From contig OZ024743.1 in assembly GCA_964016885.1 (NCBI GenBank), forward strand, positions 142,290,001 through 142,354,000: 64,000 bases of DNA, written 5' to 3'. Shown one piece after another: positions 16,253 to 29,800 of this stretch (position 1 is its first letter; each line of letters opens with the position of its first letter). A model generated the notes under the pieces. It had not been told where the DNA came from. It made no database searches and saw nothing but the letters and a program-made list of their open reading frames with translations. The DNA comes from Eledone cirrhosa. Taxonomy: Eukaryota. The position numbers and the translations under genes are program-made.

Positions 16253-19200
16253 TACCAAACACCAAGCACCAAACACCAAGCACCAAGAACCAAGCAGCAA
16301 ACACCAAGCACCAAACACCAAGCACCATGCACCAAGCACCAAGCCCCAAACACTTAACACCAAGCACCAAGCACCAAACACCAATCACCAAAAACCAAAC
16401 ACCAAGCACCAAGTACGAAACACCAAGCACCAAGCACCAAACACCAAGCACCAAGCACCAATCACCAAACACCAAGAACCAAGCACCAAACACCAAGCAC
16501 CAAGCACCAAGCACCAGGCACCAAGCACCAAGCACCAAACACAAAACACCAAGCACCAAGCATCAAGCAGCAAACACCAAGCATCAAACACCAAACACCA
16601 AACACCAAGCACCAAACACCAAGCACCAAGCACCAAACACCAAACACCAAGCACCAAGCACTAAGCACCAAACACCAAACACCAAGGACCAAACACCAGA
16701 TACCAAGCACCAAGCACCAAACACCAAACACCAAGAACCAAGCACCAAACACCAAACAACAAGCACCAGGCACCAAGCACCAAACACCAAACACCAAGCA
16801 CCAAGCACCAAGCACCAAGCACCAAGCATGCAGCATCAAACAACAAGCACCAAGCACCAAGCACCAAACACCAAGCACCAAGCACCAAACACCAACCACC
16901 AAACACAAAGCACCAAGCACCAAACAACAAGTACCAAGCACCAAACACCAAGCACCAACCACCAAACACCAAACCACAAGCACCAAACACCAAACCCCAA
17001 GCACCAAGCACCAAACACTAATCACCAAGCACCAAGCACCAAACAACAAGCACCAAGCACCAAGCACCAGGCACCAAGTACCAAGCACCAAACACTAATC
17101 ACCAAGCACCAAGCACCAAGCAACAAACACCAAGCACCAAGCACCAAGCACCAAACACCAAGCACCAAGCACCAAACACAAAACACCAAGATCCCAAGAC
17201 CAAGCACCAAGCACCAATCACCAAGCACCAAACAATAAGCACCAAGCACCAAACACCAATCACCAAGCACCAAACACCAACCACCCAGCACCAAGCACCA
17301 AGCACCAAACACCAAGCACCAAACACCAAACACCAAGCACCAAGCACCAAGCGCCAAGCACCAAACACCAAGCACCTAGCACTAAGCACCAAACACCAAG
17401 CCCCCAAGCAGCAAGCACCAAACACCAAACACCAAGCACCAAGCACCAAGCACCAAGCACCAAGCACCTAGCACCAAACACCAAACATCAAGCACCAAGC
17501 ACCAAACACCAAGCACCAATCACCAAGCACCAAACACCAAGCAGCAAGCACCAAGCACCAAACACAAAACACCAAGCACCAAGCACCAAGCAGCAAACAC
17601 CAAGCATCAAACACCAAACACCAAACACCAAGCACCAAACACCAAGCACCAAGCACCAAACACCAAACACCAAGCACCAAGCACCAAGCACCAAACACCA
17701 AACACCAAGGACCAAACACCAGATACCAAGCACCATGCACCAAACACCAAACACCAAGCACCAAGCACCAAACACCAAACAACAAGCACCAGGCAGCAAG
17801 CACCAAACACCAAACACCAAGCACCAAGCACCAAGCACCAAGCACCAAGCATGCAGCATCAAACAACAAGCACCAAGCACCAAGCACCAAACACCAAGCA
17901 CCAAGCACTAAACAGCAAGCACCAAACACCAAACACCAAACAGCAAACACCAAACAGCAAACACCAAACACCAAACAGCAAACAGCAAACGCCAAACACC
18001 AAGCACCAAGCACCAAGCACCAAACAACAAGCACCAAGCACCAAGCACAAAAGACCAAACACCAAGCACCAAGCACCAAGCACCAAACACCAAGCACCAA
18101 ACACCAAGCACCAAGCACCAAGCACCAAACACCAAGCACCAAGCACCAAGCACCAAACAATAAGAACCAAGCACCAAGCACCAAACACCAAGCACCAAGC
18201 ACCAAACACCAACCACCCAGCACCAAGCACCAAGCACCAAACACCAAGCACCAAACACCAAACACCAAACACCAAGCACCAAGCACCAAGCACCTAGCAC
18301 CAAACACCAAACACCAAGCACCAAGCACCAAACACCAAGCACCAATCACCAAGCACCAAACTCCAAGCAGCAAGCAGCAAGCACCAAACACCAAACACCA
18401 AGCACCAAGCACCAAACACCAAGCACCAAGGACCAAACATCAAACACCAAGCACCAAGCACCAAACACCTAACACCAAGCACCAAGCACCAAGCACCGAA
18501 CACCAAGCACATAACACCAAGCACCAAACACCAAGCACCAAGCACCAAACACCAAGCACCAAACACCAAGCACCAAGCACCAAGCACCAAACACCAAGCA
18601 CCAGGCACCAAGCACCAAACACCAAGCACCATGCACCAAGCACCAAGCCCCAAACACTTAACACCAAGCACCAAGCACAAAGCACCAAACACCAATCACC
18701 AAAAACCAAACACCAAGCACCAAGTACCAAACACCAAGCACCAAGCACCAAACACCAAGCACCAAGCACCAATCACCAAACACCAAGAACCAAGCACCAA
18801 ACACCAAGCACCAAGCACCAAGCACCAGGCACCAAGCACGAAGAACCAAACACAAAACACCAAGCACCAAGCACCAAGCAGCAAACACCAAGCATCAAAC
18901 ACCAAACACCAAACACCAAGCACCAAGCACCAAGCAGCAAACAGCAAGCATCAAACACCAAACACCAAACACCAAGCACCAAACACCAAGCACCAAGCAC
19001 CAAACACCAAACACCAAGCACCAAGCACCAAGCACCAAACACCAAGCACCAAACACCAAACACCAAGCACCAAGCACCAAACACCAAACAACAATCACCA
19101 GGCACCAAGCAAAAAACACCAAACACCAAGCACGCAGCATCAAACACCAAGCACCAAGCACCAAGAACCAAACACCAAGCACCAAGCACCAAGCACCAAG

Positions 19201-22183
19201 TACCAAACACCAAGCACCAAACACCAAGCACCAAGAACCAAGCAGCAAACACCAAGCACCAAACACCAAGCACCATGCACCAAGCACCAAGCCCCAAACA
19301 CTTAACACCAAGCACCAAGCACCAAACACCAATCACCAAAAACCAAACACCAAGCACCAAGTACGAAACACCAAGCACCAAGCACCAAACACCAAGCACC
19401 AAGCACCAATCACCAAACACCAAGAACCAAGCACCAAACACCAAGCACCAAGCACCAAGCACCAGGCACCAAGCACCAAGCACCAAACACAAAACACCAA
19501 GCACCAAGCATCAAGCAGCAAACACCAAGCATCAAACACCAAACACCAAACACCAAGCACCAAACACCAAGCACCAAGCACCAAACACCAAACACCAAGC
19601 ACCAAGCACTAAGCACCAAACACCAAACACCAAGGACCAAACACCAGATACCAAGCACCAAGCACCAAACACCAAACACCAAGAACCAAGCACCAAACAC
19701 CAAACAACAAGCACCAGGCACCAAGCACCAAACACCAAACACCAAGCACCAAGCACCAAGCACCAAGCACCAAGCATGCAGCATCAAACAACAAGCACCA
19801 AGCACCAAGCACCAAACACCAAGCACCAAGCACCAAACACCAACCACCAAACACAAAGCACCAAGCACCAAACAACAAGTACCAAGCACCAAACACCAAG
19901 CACCAACCACCAAACACCAAACCACAAGCACCAAACACCAAACCCCAAGCACCAAGCACCAAACACTAATCACCAAGCACCAAGCACCAAACAACAAGCA
20001 CCAAGCACCAAGCACCAGGCACCAAGTACCAAGCACCAAACACTAATCACCAAGCACCAAGCACCAAGCAACAAACACCAAGCACCAAGCACCAAGCACC
20101 AAACACCAAGCACCAAGCACCAAACACAAAACACCAAGATCCCAAGACCAAGCACCAAGCACCAATCACCAAGCACCAAACAATAAGCACCAAGCACCAA
20201 ACACCAATCACCAAGCACCAAACACCAACCACCCAGCACCAAGCACCAAGCACCAAACACCAAGCACCAAACACCAAACACCAAGCACCAAGCACCAAGC
20301 GCCAAGCACCAAACACCAAGCACCTAGCACTAAGCACCAAACACCAAGCCCCCAAGCAGCAAGCACCAAACACCAAACACCAAGCACCAAGCACCAAGCA
20401 CCAAGCACCAAGCACCTAGCACCAAACACCAAACATCAAGCACCAAGCACCAAACACCAAGCACCAATCACCAAGCACCAAACACCAAGCAGCAAGCACC
20501 AAGCACCAAACACAAAACACCAAGCACCAAGCACCAAGCAGCAAACACCAAGCATCAAACACCAAACACCAAACACCAAGCACCAAACACCAAGCACCAA
20601 GCACCAAACACCAAACACCAAGCACCAAGCACCAAGCACCAAACACCAAACACCAAGGACCAAACACCAGATACCAAGCACCATGCACCAAACACCAAAC
20701 ACCAAGCACCAAGCACCAAACACCAAACAACAAGCACCAGGCAGCAAGCACCAAACACCAAACACCAAGCACCAAGCACCAAGCACCAAGCACCAAGCAT
20801 GCAGCATCAAACAACAAGCACCAAGCACCAAGCACCAAACACCAAGCACCAAGCACTAAACAGCAAGCACCAAACACCAAACACCAAACAGCAAACACCA
20901 AACAGCAAACACCAAACACCAAACAGCAAACAGCAAACGCCAAACACCAAGCACCAAGCACCAAGCACCAAACAACAAGCACCAAGCACCAAGCACAAAA
21001 CACCAAACACCAAGCACCAAGCACCAAGCACCAAACACCAAGCACCAAACACCAAGCACCAAGCACCAAGCACCAAACACCAAGCACCAAGCACCAAGCA
21101 CCAAACAATAAGAACCAAGCACCAAGCACCAAACACCAAGCACCAAGCACCAAACACCAACCACCCAGCACCAAGCACCAAGCACCAAACACCAAGCACC
21201 AAACACCAAACACCAAACACCAAGCACCAAGCAACAAGCACCAAACACCAAGCACCAAGCACCAAGCACCTAGCACCAAACACCATACACCAAGCACCAA
21301 GCACCAAACACCAAGCACCAATCACCAAGCACCAAACTCCAAGCAGCAAGCAGCAAGCACCAAACACCAAACACCAAGCACCAAGCACCAAACACCAAGC
21401 ACCAAGGACCAAACATCAAACACCAAGCACCAAGCACCAAACACCTAACACCAAGCACCAAGCACCAAGCACCGAACACCAAGCACATAACACCAAGCAC
21501 CAAACACCAAGCACCAAGCACCAAACACCAAGCACCAAACACCAAGCACCAAGCACCAAGCACCAAACACCAAGCACCAGGCACCAAGCACCAAACACCA
21601 AGCACCATGCACCAAGCACCAAGCCCCAAACACTTAACACCAAGCACCAAGCACAAAGCACCAAACACCAATCACCAAAAACCAAACACCAAGCACCAAG
21701 TACCAAACACCAAGCACCAAGCACCAAACACCAAGCACCAAGCACCAATCACCAAACACCAAGAACCAAGCACCAAACACCAAGCACCAAGCACCAAGCA
21801 CCAGGCACCAAGCACGAAGAACCAAACACAAAACACCAAGCACCAAGCACCAAGCAGCAAACACCAAGCATCAAACACCAAACACCAAACACCAAGCACC
21901 AAGCACCAAGCAGCAAACAGCAAGCATCAAACACCAAACACCAAACACCAAGCACCAAACACCAAGCACCAAGCACCAAACACCAAACACCAAGCACCAA
22001 GCACCAAGCACCAAACACCAAGCACCAAACACCAAACACCAAGCACCAAGCACCAAACACCAAACAACAATCACCAGGCACCAAGCAAAAAACACCAAAC
22101 ACCAAGCACGCAGCATCAAACACCAAGCACCAAGCACCAAGAACCAAACACCAAGCACCAAGCACCAAGCACCAAGTACCAAA
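16253..22183. repeat. Tandem duplication, period 2948-2976 bp (copies ~16253-19200 and ~19201-22176)
   Basis: ORFs 16327..17238 and 19275..20186 are identical (offset 2948); 18631/21607 offset 2976. The variant unit taccaaa at 16253, 19201 and 22177 marks the junction. Confidence 0.93.
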
Positions 22184-23380
22184 CACCAAACACCAAGCAC
22201 CAAACACCAAACACCAAGCACCAATCACCAAGCACGAAACACCAGGCACGAAGCACCAAGCACCAAACACCAAACACCAAGCACCAAACACCAGCCACCA
22301 AGCACCAAGCACCAAACACCAAACACCAAGCACTAAGCACCAAACACCAAACAACAAGCACCAGGCACCAAGCACCAAACACCAAACACCAAGCACGCAT
22401 CACCAAACACCAAGCACCAAGCATCAAGCACCAAAAACCAAGCACCAAGCACCAAGCACCAAACACCAAACACCAAACACCAAGCACCAAGAACCAAACA
22501 CCAAACAGCAAGCACCAAGCACCAAACACCAAGCACCAAACACCAATCCCCAAGCACCAATCACCAAACACTAATCACCAAGCACCAAGCACCAAACACC
22601 GAGCACCAAACACCAAGCACCAAGCACCAAACACCAAACCCCAAGCACCATAGACCAAGCACCAAGCACCAAGGAACAAACACCAAGCACCAAGCACCAA
22701 GCACCAAACACCAAGCACCAAGCACCAAACACCCAGCACCAAGAACCAAGCATCAAACACCAAACACCAAGCACCAAGCACTAAACAGCAAGCACCAAAC
22801 ACCAAACGCCAAACAGCAAACACCAAACAGCAAACACCAAACACCAAACAGCAAACAGCAAACGCCAAACACCAAGCACCAAGCACCAAGCACCAAACAC
22901 CAAGCACCAAGCACCAAGCACAAAACACCAAACACCAAGCACCAAGCACCAAGCACCAAGCACCAAACACCAAGCACCAAACACCAAGCACCAAACACCA
23001 AGCACCAAACACCAAACACTAAACACCAAGCACCAAGCACCAAACACCAAGCACCAAACACCAAGCACCAAACACCAAGTCCCACGCACCAAGCAGCAAA
23101 CACCAAGCACCAAGCCCCAAGCACCAAACACCAAGCACCAAGCACCAAGCCCCTAGCACCAAACACCAAACACCAAGCACCAAGAACAAAACACCAAGCA
23201 CCAATCACCAAGCACCAAACACCAAGCAGCAAGCAGCAAGCACCACACACCAAACACCAAGCACCAAGCACCAAATACCAAACACCAAGCACCAAGGACC
23301 AAACATCAAACACCAAGCACCAAGCACCAAATGCCTAACACCAAGCACCAAGCACCAAGCACCAAGCACCAAACACCAAG

Positions 23381-26300
23381 CACCAATCACCAAACACCAA
23401 GCACCAAGCACCAAACACCAAGCACCAGGCACCAAGCACCAAACACCAAGCACCAAGCACCAAACACCAAGCACCAAGACCGAAGCACCAAACACCAAGC
23501 ACCAAGCACAAACACCAAGCACCAAGCACCAAAAACCAAACAACAAGCACCAAGTACCAAACACCTAGCACCAAGCACCAAACACCAAGCACCAAGAACC
23601 AATCACCAAACACCAAGAACCAAGCACCAAACACCAAGCACCAAGCACCAAGCACCAGGCACCAAGCACCAAGCACCAAACACAAAACACCAAGCACCAA
23701 GCACCAAGCAGCAAACACCAAGCATCAAACACCAAACACCAAACACCAAGCACCAAACACCAAGCACTAAGCACCAAACACCAAACACCAAGCACCAAGC
23801 ACCAAGCACTAAACACCAAACACCAAGCACCAAACACCAGATACCAAGCACGCAGCATCAAACACCAAGCACCAAGCACCAAGCACCAAACACCAAGCAC
23901 CAAGCACCAAACACCAACCACCAAACACAAAGCACCAAGCACCAAACACCAAGCACCAAGCACCAAACACCAAGCACCAAGCACCAAACACCAAACCCCA
24001 AGCTCCAAGCAGCAAACACTAATCACCAAGCACCAAGCACCAAACACCAAGCACCAAGCACCAAGCACCAAACACCAAGCACCAAGCACCAAACACCAAA
24101 CAACAAGATCCAAAGACCAAGCACCAAGCTCCAAGCACCAAGCACCAAAAAATAAGCACCAAGCACCAAACACCAAGCACGAAGCACCAAACACCAACCA
24201 CCCAGCACCAAGCACCAAGCACCAAACACCAAGCACCAGGCACCAAGCGCCAAGCACCAAACACCAAGCACCAAGCACTAAGCACCAAACACCAAGCCCC
24301 AAGCAGCAAGCACCAAACACCAAACACCAAGCACCAAGCACCAAACACCAAGCACCAAGCACCAAGCACCTAGCACCAAACACCAAACACCAAACACCAA
24401 GCACCAAACACCAAGCACCAATCACCAAGCACCAAACACCAAGCAGCAAGCAGCAAGCACCAAACACCAAACACCAAGCACCAAGCACCAAACACCAAGC
24501 ACCAAGGACCAAACATCAAACACCATGCACCAAGCACCAAAGACCTAACACTAAGCACCAAGCACCAAGCACCAAGCACAGAACACCAAGCACCAAACAC
24601 CAAGCACCAAACACCAAGCACCAAGCACCAAACACCAAGCACCAAACACCAAGCACCAAGCACCAAGCACCAAACACCAAGCACCAAGCACCAAGCACCA
24701 AGCACCAAACAATAAGAACCAAGCACCAAGCACCAAACACCAAGCACCAAGCACCAAACACCAACCACCCAGCACCAAGCACCAAGCACCAAACACCAAG
24801 CACCAAACACCAAACACCAAACACCAAGCACCAAGCACCAAGCACCAAACACCAAGCACCAAGCACTAAGCACCAAACGCCAAGCCCCAAGCACCAAGTA
24901 CCAAACACCAAACGCCAAGCACCAAGAACCAAGCACCTAGCACCAAACACCAAACACCAAGCACCAAGCACCAAACACCAAGCACCAATCACCAAGCACC
25001 AAACACCAAGCAGCAAGCAGCAAGCACCAAACACCAAACACCAAGCACCAAGCACCAAACACCAAGCACCAAGGACCAAACATCAAACACCAAGCACCAA
25101 GCACCAAACACCTAACACCAAGCACCAAGCACCAAGCACCAAGCACCGAACACCAAGCACATAACACCAAGCACCAAACACCAAGCACCAAGCACCAAGC
25201 ACCAAACACCAACCACCAAACACAAAGCACCAAGCACCAAACACCAAGCACCAAGCACCAAACACCAAGCACCAAGCACCAAACACCAAACCCCCAAGCA
25301 CCAAGCACCAAACACTAATCACCAAGCACCAAGCACCAAGCACCAAACACCAAGCACCAAGCACCAAGCACCAAACACCAAGCACCAAACACCAAACACC
25401 AAGATCCAAAGACCAAGCACCAAGCCCCAAGCACCAAGCACCAAAAAATAAGCACCAAGCACCAAACACCAAGCACCAATCACCAAACACCAAGCACCAA
25501 GCACCAAACACCAAACACCAGGCACAAAGCACCAAACACCAAGCACCAAGCACCAAACACCAAGCACCAAACACAAAGCACCAAGCACTAAGCACCAAAC
25601 CCCAAGCACCAAACACCAAACCTCAAGCACCAAGCACAAAACACTAATCACCAAGCACCAAGCACCAAACAACAAGCACCAAGCACCAGGCACCAAGCAC
25701 CAAGCACCAAACACTAATCACCAAGCACCAAGAACCAAGCACCAAACACCAAGCACCAAGCACCATGCACCAAACACCAAGCACCAAGCACCAAACACCA
25801 AACAGCAAGCACCAAAGACCAAGCACCAAGCACCAAGCACCAAGCACCAAACAATAAGCACCAAGCACCAAGCACCAAACACCAAGCACCAAGCACCAAA
25901 CACCAACCACCCAGCACCAAGCACCAAGCACCAAACACCAAGCACCAAACACCAAACACCAAACACCAAGCACCAAGCACCAAGCACCAAACACCAAGCA
26001 CCAAGCACTAAGCACCAAACACCAAGCCCCAAGCACCAAGCACCAAACACCAAACACCAAGCACCAAGCACCTAACACCAAGCACCAAGCACCAAGCACC
26101 TAGCACCAAACACCAAACACCAAGCACCAAGCACCAAACACCAAGCACCAATCACCAAGCACCAAACACCAAGCAGCAAGCAGCAAGCACCAAACACCAA
26201 ACACCAAGCACCAAGCACCAAACACCAAGCACCAAGGACCAAACATCAAACACCAAGCACCAAGCACCAAACACCTAACACCAATCACCAAGCACCAAGC

Positions 26301-29300
26301 ACCGAACACCAAGCACATAACACCAAGCACCAAACACCAAGCACCAAGCACCAAACACCAAGCACCAAACACCAAGCACCAAGCACCAAGCACCAAACAC
26401 CAAGCACCAGGCACCAAGCACCAAACACCAAACACCATGCACCAAGCACCAAGCCCCAAACACTTAACACCAAGCACCAAGCACCAAGCACCAAACACCA
26501 ATCACCAAAAACCAAACACCAAGCACCAAGTACCAAACACCAAGCACCAAGCACCAAACACCAAGCACCAAGCACCAATCACCAAACACCAAGAACCAAG
26601 CACCAAACACCAAGCACCAGGCACCAAGCACCAAACACCAAGCACCAAGCACCAAACACCAAGCACCAAGACCGAAGCACCAAACACCAAGCACCAAGCA
26701 CAAACACCAAGCACCAAGCACCAAAAACCAAACAACAAGCACCAAGTACCAAACACCTAGCACCAAGCACCAAACACCAAGCACCAAGAACCAATCACCA
26801 AACACCAAGAACCAAGCACCAAACACCAAGCACCAAGCACCAAGCACCAGGCACCAAGCACCAAGCACCAAACACAAAACACCAAGCACCAAGCACCAAG
26901 CAGCAAACACCAAGCATCAAACACCAAACACCAAACACCAAGCACCAAACACCAAGCACTAAGCACCAAACACCAAACACCAAGCACCAAGCACCAAGCA
27001 CTAAACACCAAACACCAAGCACCAAACACCAGATACCAAGCACGCAGCATCAAACACCAAGCACCAAGCACCAAGCACCAAACACCAAGCACCAAGCACC
27101 AAACACCAACCACCAAACACAAAGCACCAAGCACCAAACACCAAGCACCAAGCACCAAACACCAAGCACCAAGCACCAAACACCAAACCCCAAGCTCCAA
27201 GCAGCAAACACTAATCACCAAGCACCAAGCACCAAACACCAAGCACCAAGCACCAAGCACCAAACACCAAGCACCAAGCACCAAACACCAAACAACAAGA
27301 TCCAAAGACCAAGCACCAAGCTCCAAGCACCAAGCACCAAAAAATAAGCACCAAGCACCAAACACCAAGCACGAAGCACCAAACACCAACCACCCAGCAC
27401 CAAGCACCAAGCACCAAACACCAAGCACCAGGCACCAAGCGCCAAGCACCAAACACCAAGCACCAAGCACTAAGCACCAAACACCAAGCCCCAAGCAGCA
27501 AGCACCAAACACCAAACACCAAGCACCAAGCACCAAACACCAAGCACCAAGCACCAAGCACCTAGCACCAAACACCAAACACCAAACACCAAGCACCAAA
27601 CACCAAGCACCAATCACCAAGCACCAAACACCAAGCAGCAAGCAGCAAGCACCAAACACCAAACACCAAGCACCAAGCACCAAACACCAAGCACCAAGGA
27701 CCAAACATCAAACACCATGCACCAAGCACCAAAGACCTAACACTAAGCACCAAGCACCAAGCACCAAGCACAGAACACCAAGCACCAAACACCAAGCACC
27801 AAACACCAAGCACCAAGCACCAAACACCAAGCACCAAACACCAAGCACCAAGCACCAAGCACCAAACACCAAGCACCAAGCACCAAGCACCAAGCACCAA
27901 AAATAAGAACCAAGCACCAAGCACCAAACACCAAGCACCAAGCACCAAACACCAACCACCCAGCACCAAGCACCAAGCACCAAACACCAAGCACCAAACA
28001 CCAAACACCAAACACCAAGCACCAAGCACCAAGCACCAAACACCAAGCACCAAGCACTAAGCACCAAACGCCAAGCCCCAAGCACCAAGTACCAAACACC
28101 AAACGCCAAGCACCAAGAACCAAGCACCTAGCACCAAACACCAAACACCAAGCACCAAGCACCAAACACCAAGCACCAATCACCAAGCACCAAACACCAA
28201 GCAGCAAGCAGCAAGCACCAAACACCAAACACCAAGCACCAAGCACCAAACACCAAGCACCAAGGACCAAACATCAAACACCAAGCACCAAGCACCAAAC
28301 ACCTAACACCAAGCACCAAGCACCAAGCACCAAGCACCGAACACCAAGCACATAACACCAAGCACCAAACACCAAGCACCAAGCACCAAGCACCAAACAC
28401 CAACCACCAAACACAAAGCACCAAGCACCAAACACCAAGCACCAAGCACCAAACACCAAGCACCAAGCACCAAACACCAAACCCCCAAGCACCAAGCACC
28501 AAACACTAATCACCAAGCACCAAGCACCAAGCACCAAACACCAAGCACCAAGCACCAAGCACCAAACACCAAGCACCAAACACCAAACACCAAGATCCAA
28601 AGACCAAGCACCAAGCCCCAAGCACCAAGCACCAAAAAATAAGCACCAAGCACCAAACACCAAGCACCAATCACCAAACACCAAGCACCAAGCACCAAAC
28701 ACCAAACACCAGGCACAAAGCACCAAACACCAAGCACCAAGCACCAAACACCAAGCACCAAACACAAAGCACCAAGCACTAAGCACCAAACCCCAAGCAC
28801 CAAACACCAAACCTCAAGCACCAAGCACAAAACACTAATCACCAAGCACCAAGCACCAAACAACAAGCACCAAGCACCAGGCACCAAGCACCAAGCACCA
28901 AACACTAATCACCAAGCACCAAGAACCAAGCACCAAACACCAAGCACCAAGCACCATGCACCAAACACCAAGCACCAAGCACCAAACACCAAACAGCAAG
29001 CACCAAAGACCAAGCACCAAGCACCAAGCACCAAGCACCAAACAATAAGCACCAAGCACCAAGCACCAAACACCAAGCACCAAGCACCAAACACCAACCA
29101 CCCAGCACCAAGCACCAAGCACCAAACACCAAGCACCAAACACCAAACACCAAACACCAAGCACCAAGCACCAAGCACCAAACACCAAGCACCAAGCACT
29201 AAGCACCAAACACCAAGCCCCAAGCACCAAGCACCAAACACCAAACACCAAGCACCAAGCACCTAACACCAAGCACCAAGCACCAAGCACCTAGCACCAA

Positions 29301-29800
29301 ACACCAAACACCAAGCACCAAGCACCAAACACCAAGCACCAATCACCAAGCACCAAACACCAAGCAGCAAGCAGCAAGCACCAAACACCAAACACCAAGC
29401 ACCAAGCACCAAACACCAAGCACCAAGGACCAAACATCAAACACCAAGCACCAAGCACCAAACACCTAACACCAATCACCAAGCACCAAGCACCGAACAC
29501 CAAGCACATAACACCAAGCACCAAACACCAAGCACCAAGCACCAAACACCAAGCACCAAACACCAAGCACCAAGCACCAAGCACCAAACACCAAGCACCA
29601 GGCACCAAGCACCAAACACCAAACACCATGCACCAAGCACCAAGCCCCAAACACTTAACACCAAGCACCAAGCACCAAGCACCAAACACCAATCACCAAA
29701 AACCAAACACCAAGCACCAAGTACCAAACACCAAGCACCAAGCACCAAACACCAAGCACCAAGCACCAATCACCAAACACCAAGAACCAAGCACCAAACA
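23381..29800. repeat. Tandem duplication, period 3192/3191 bp (junction ~26601-26614)
   Basis: ORFs 23565..24512 and 26757..27704 are identical (offset 3192); 24937/28128 and 26100/29291 offset 3191 after loss of one C near 27902. Confidence 0.93.

Larger units (their letters stand above)
1..24235. repeat. Large duplicated block within the satellite: copy A ~1-9410, copy B ~10478-24235 (B is longer by an internal 2948-bp duplication and ~1477 extra bp)
   Basis: Identical or near-identical ORF translations at offsets 10477 (213/10690), 10421 (1706/12127), 10324 (2851/13175), 10380 (3992/14372), 10401 (5926/16327), 10402 (7449/17851), 13350 (7449/20799) and 14827 (8504/23331; 8192/23019). Confidence 0.9.

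Noticed and set aside
20799-22574. Long + strand ORFs (591 aa here; also 48244..49590, 29628..30788) encoding (PSTKHQA/PNTKHQT)n, superficially mucin-like
   Set aside because: A stop-free 7-bp repeat gives the same 7-aa periodic peptide in all three frames. The ATGs come from chance variants (caccatg, catgcag), the ORFs overlap in several frames, and there is no unique domain or gene structure.
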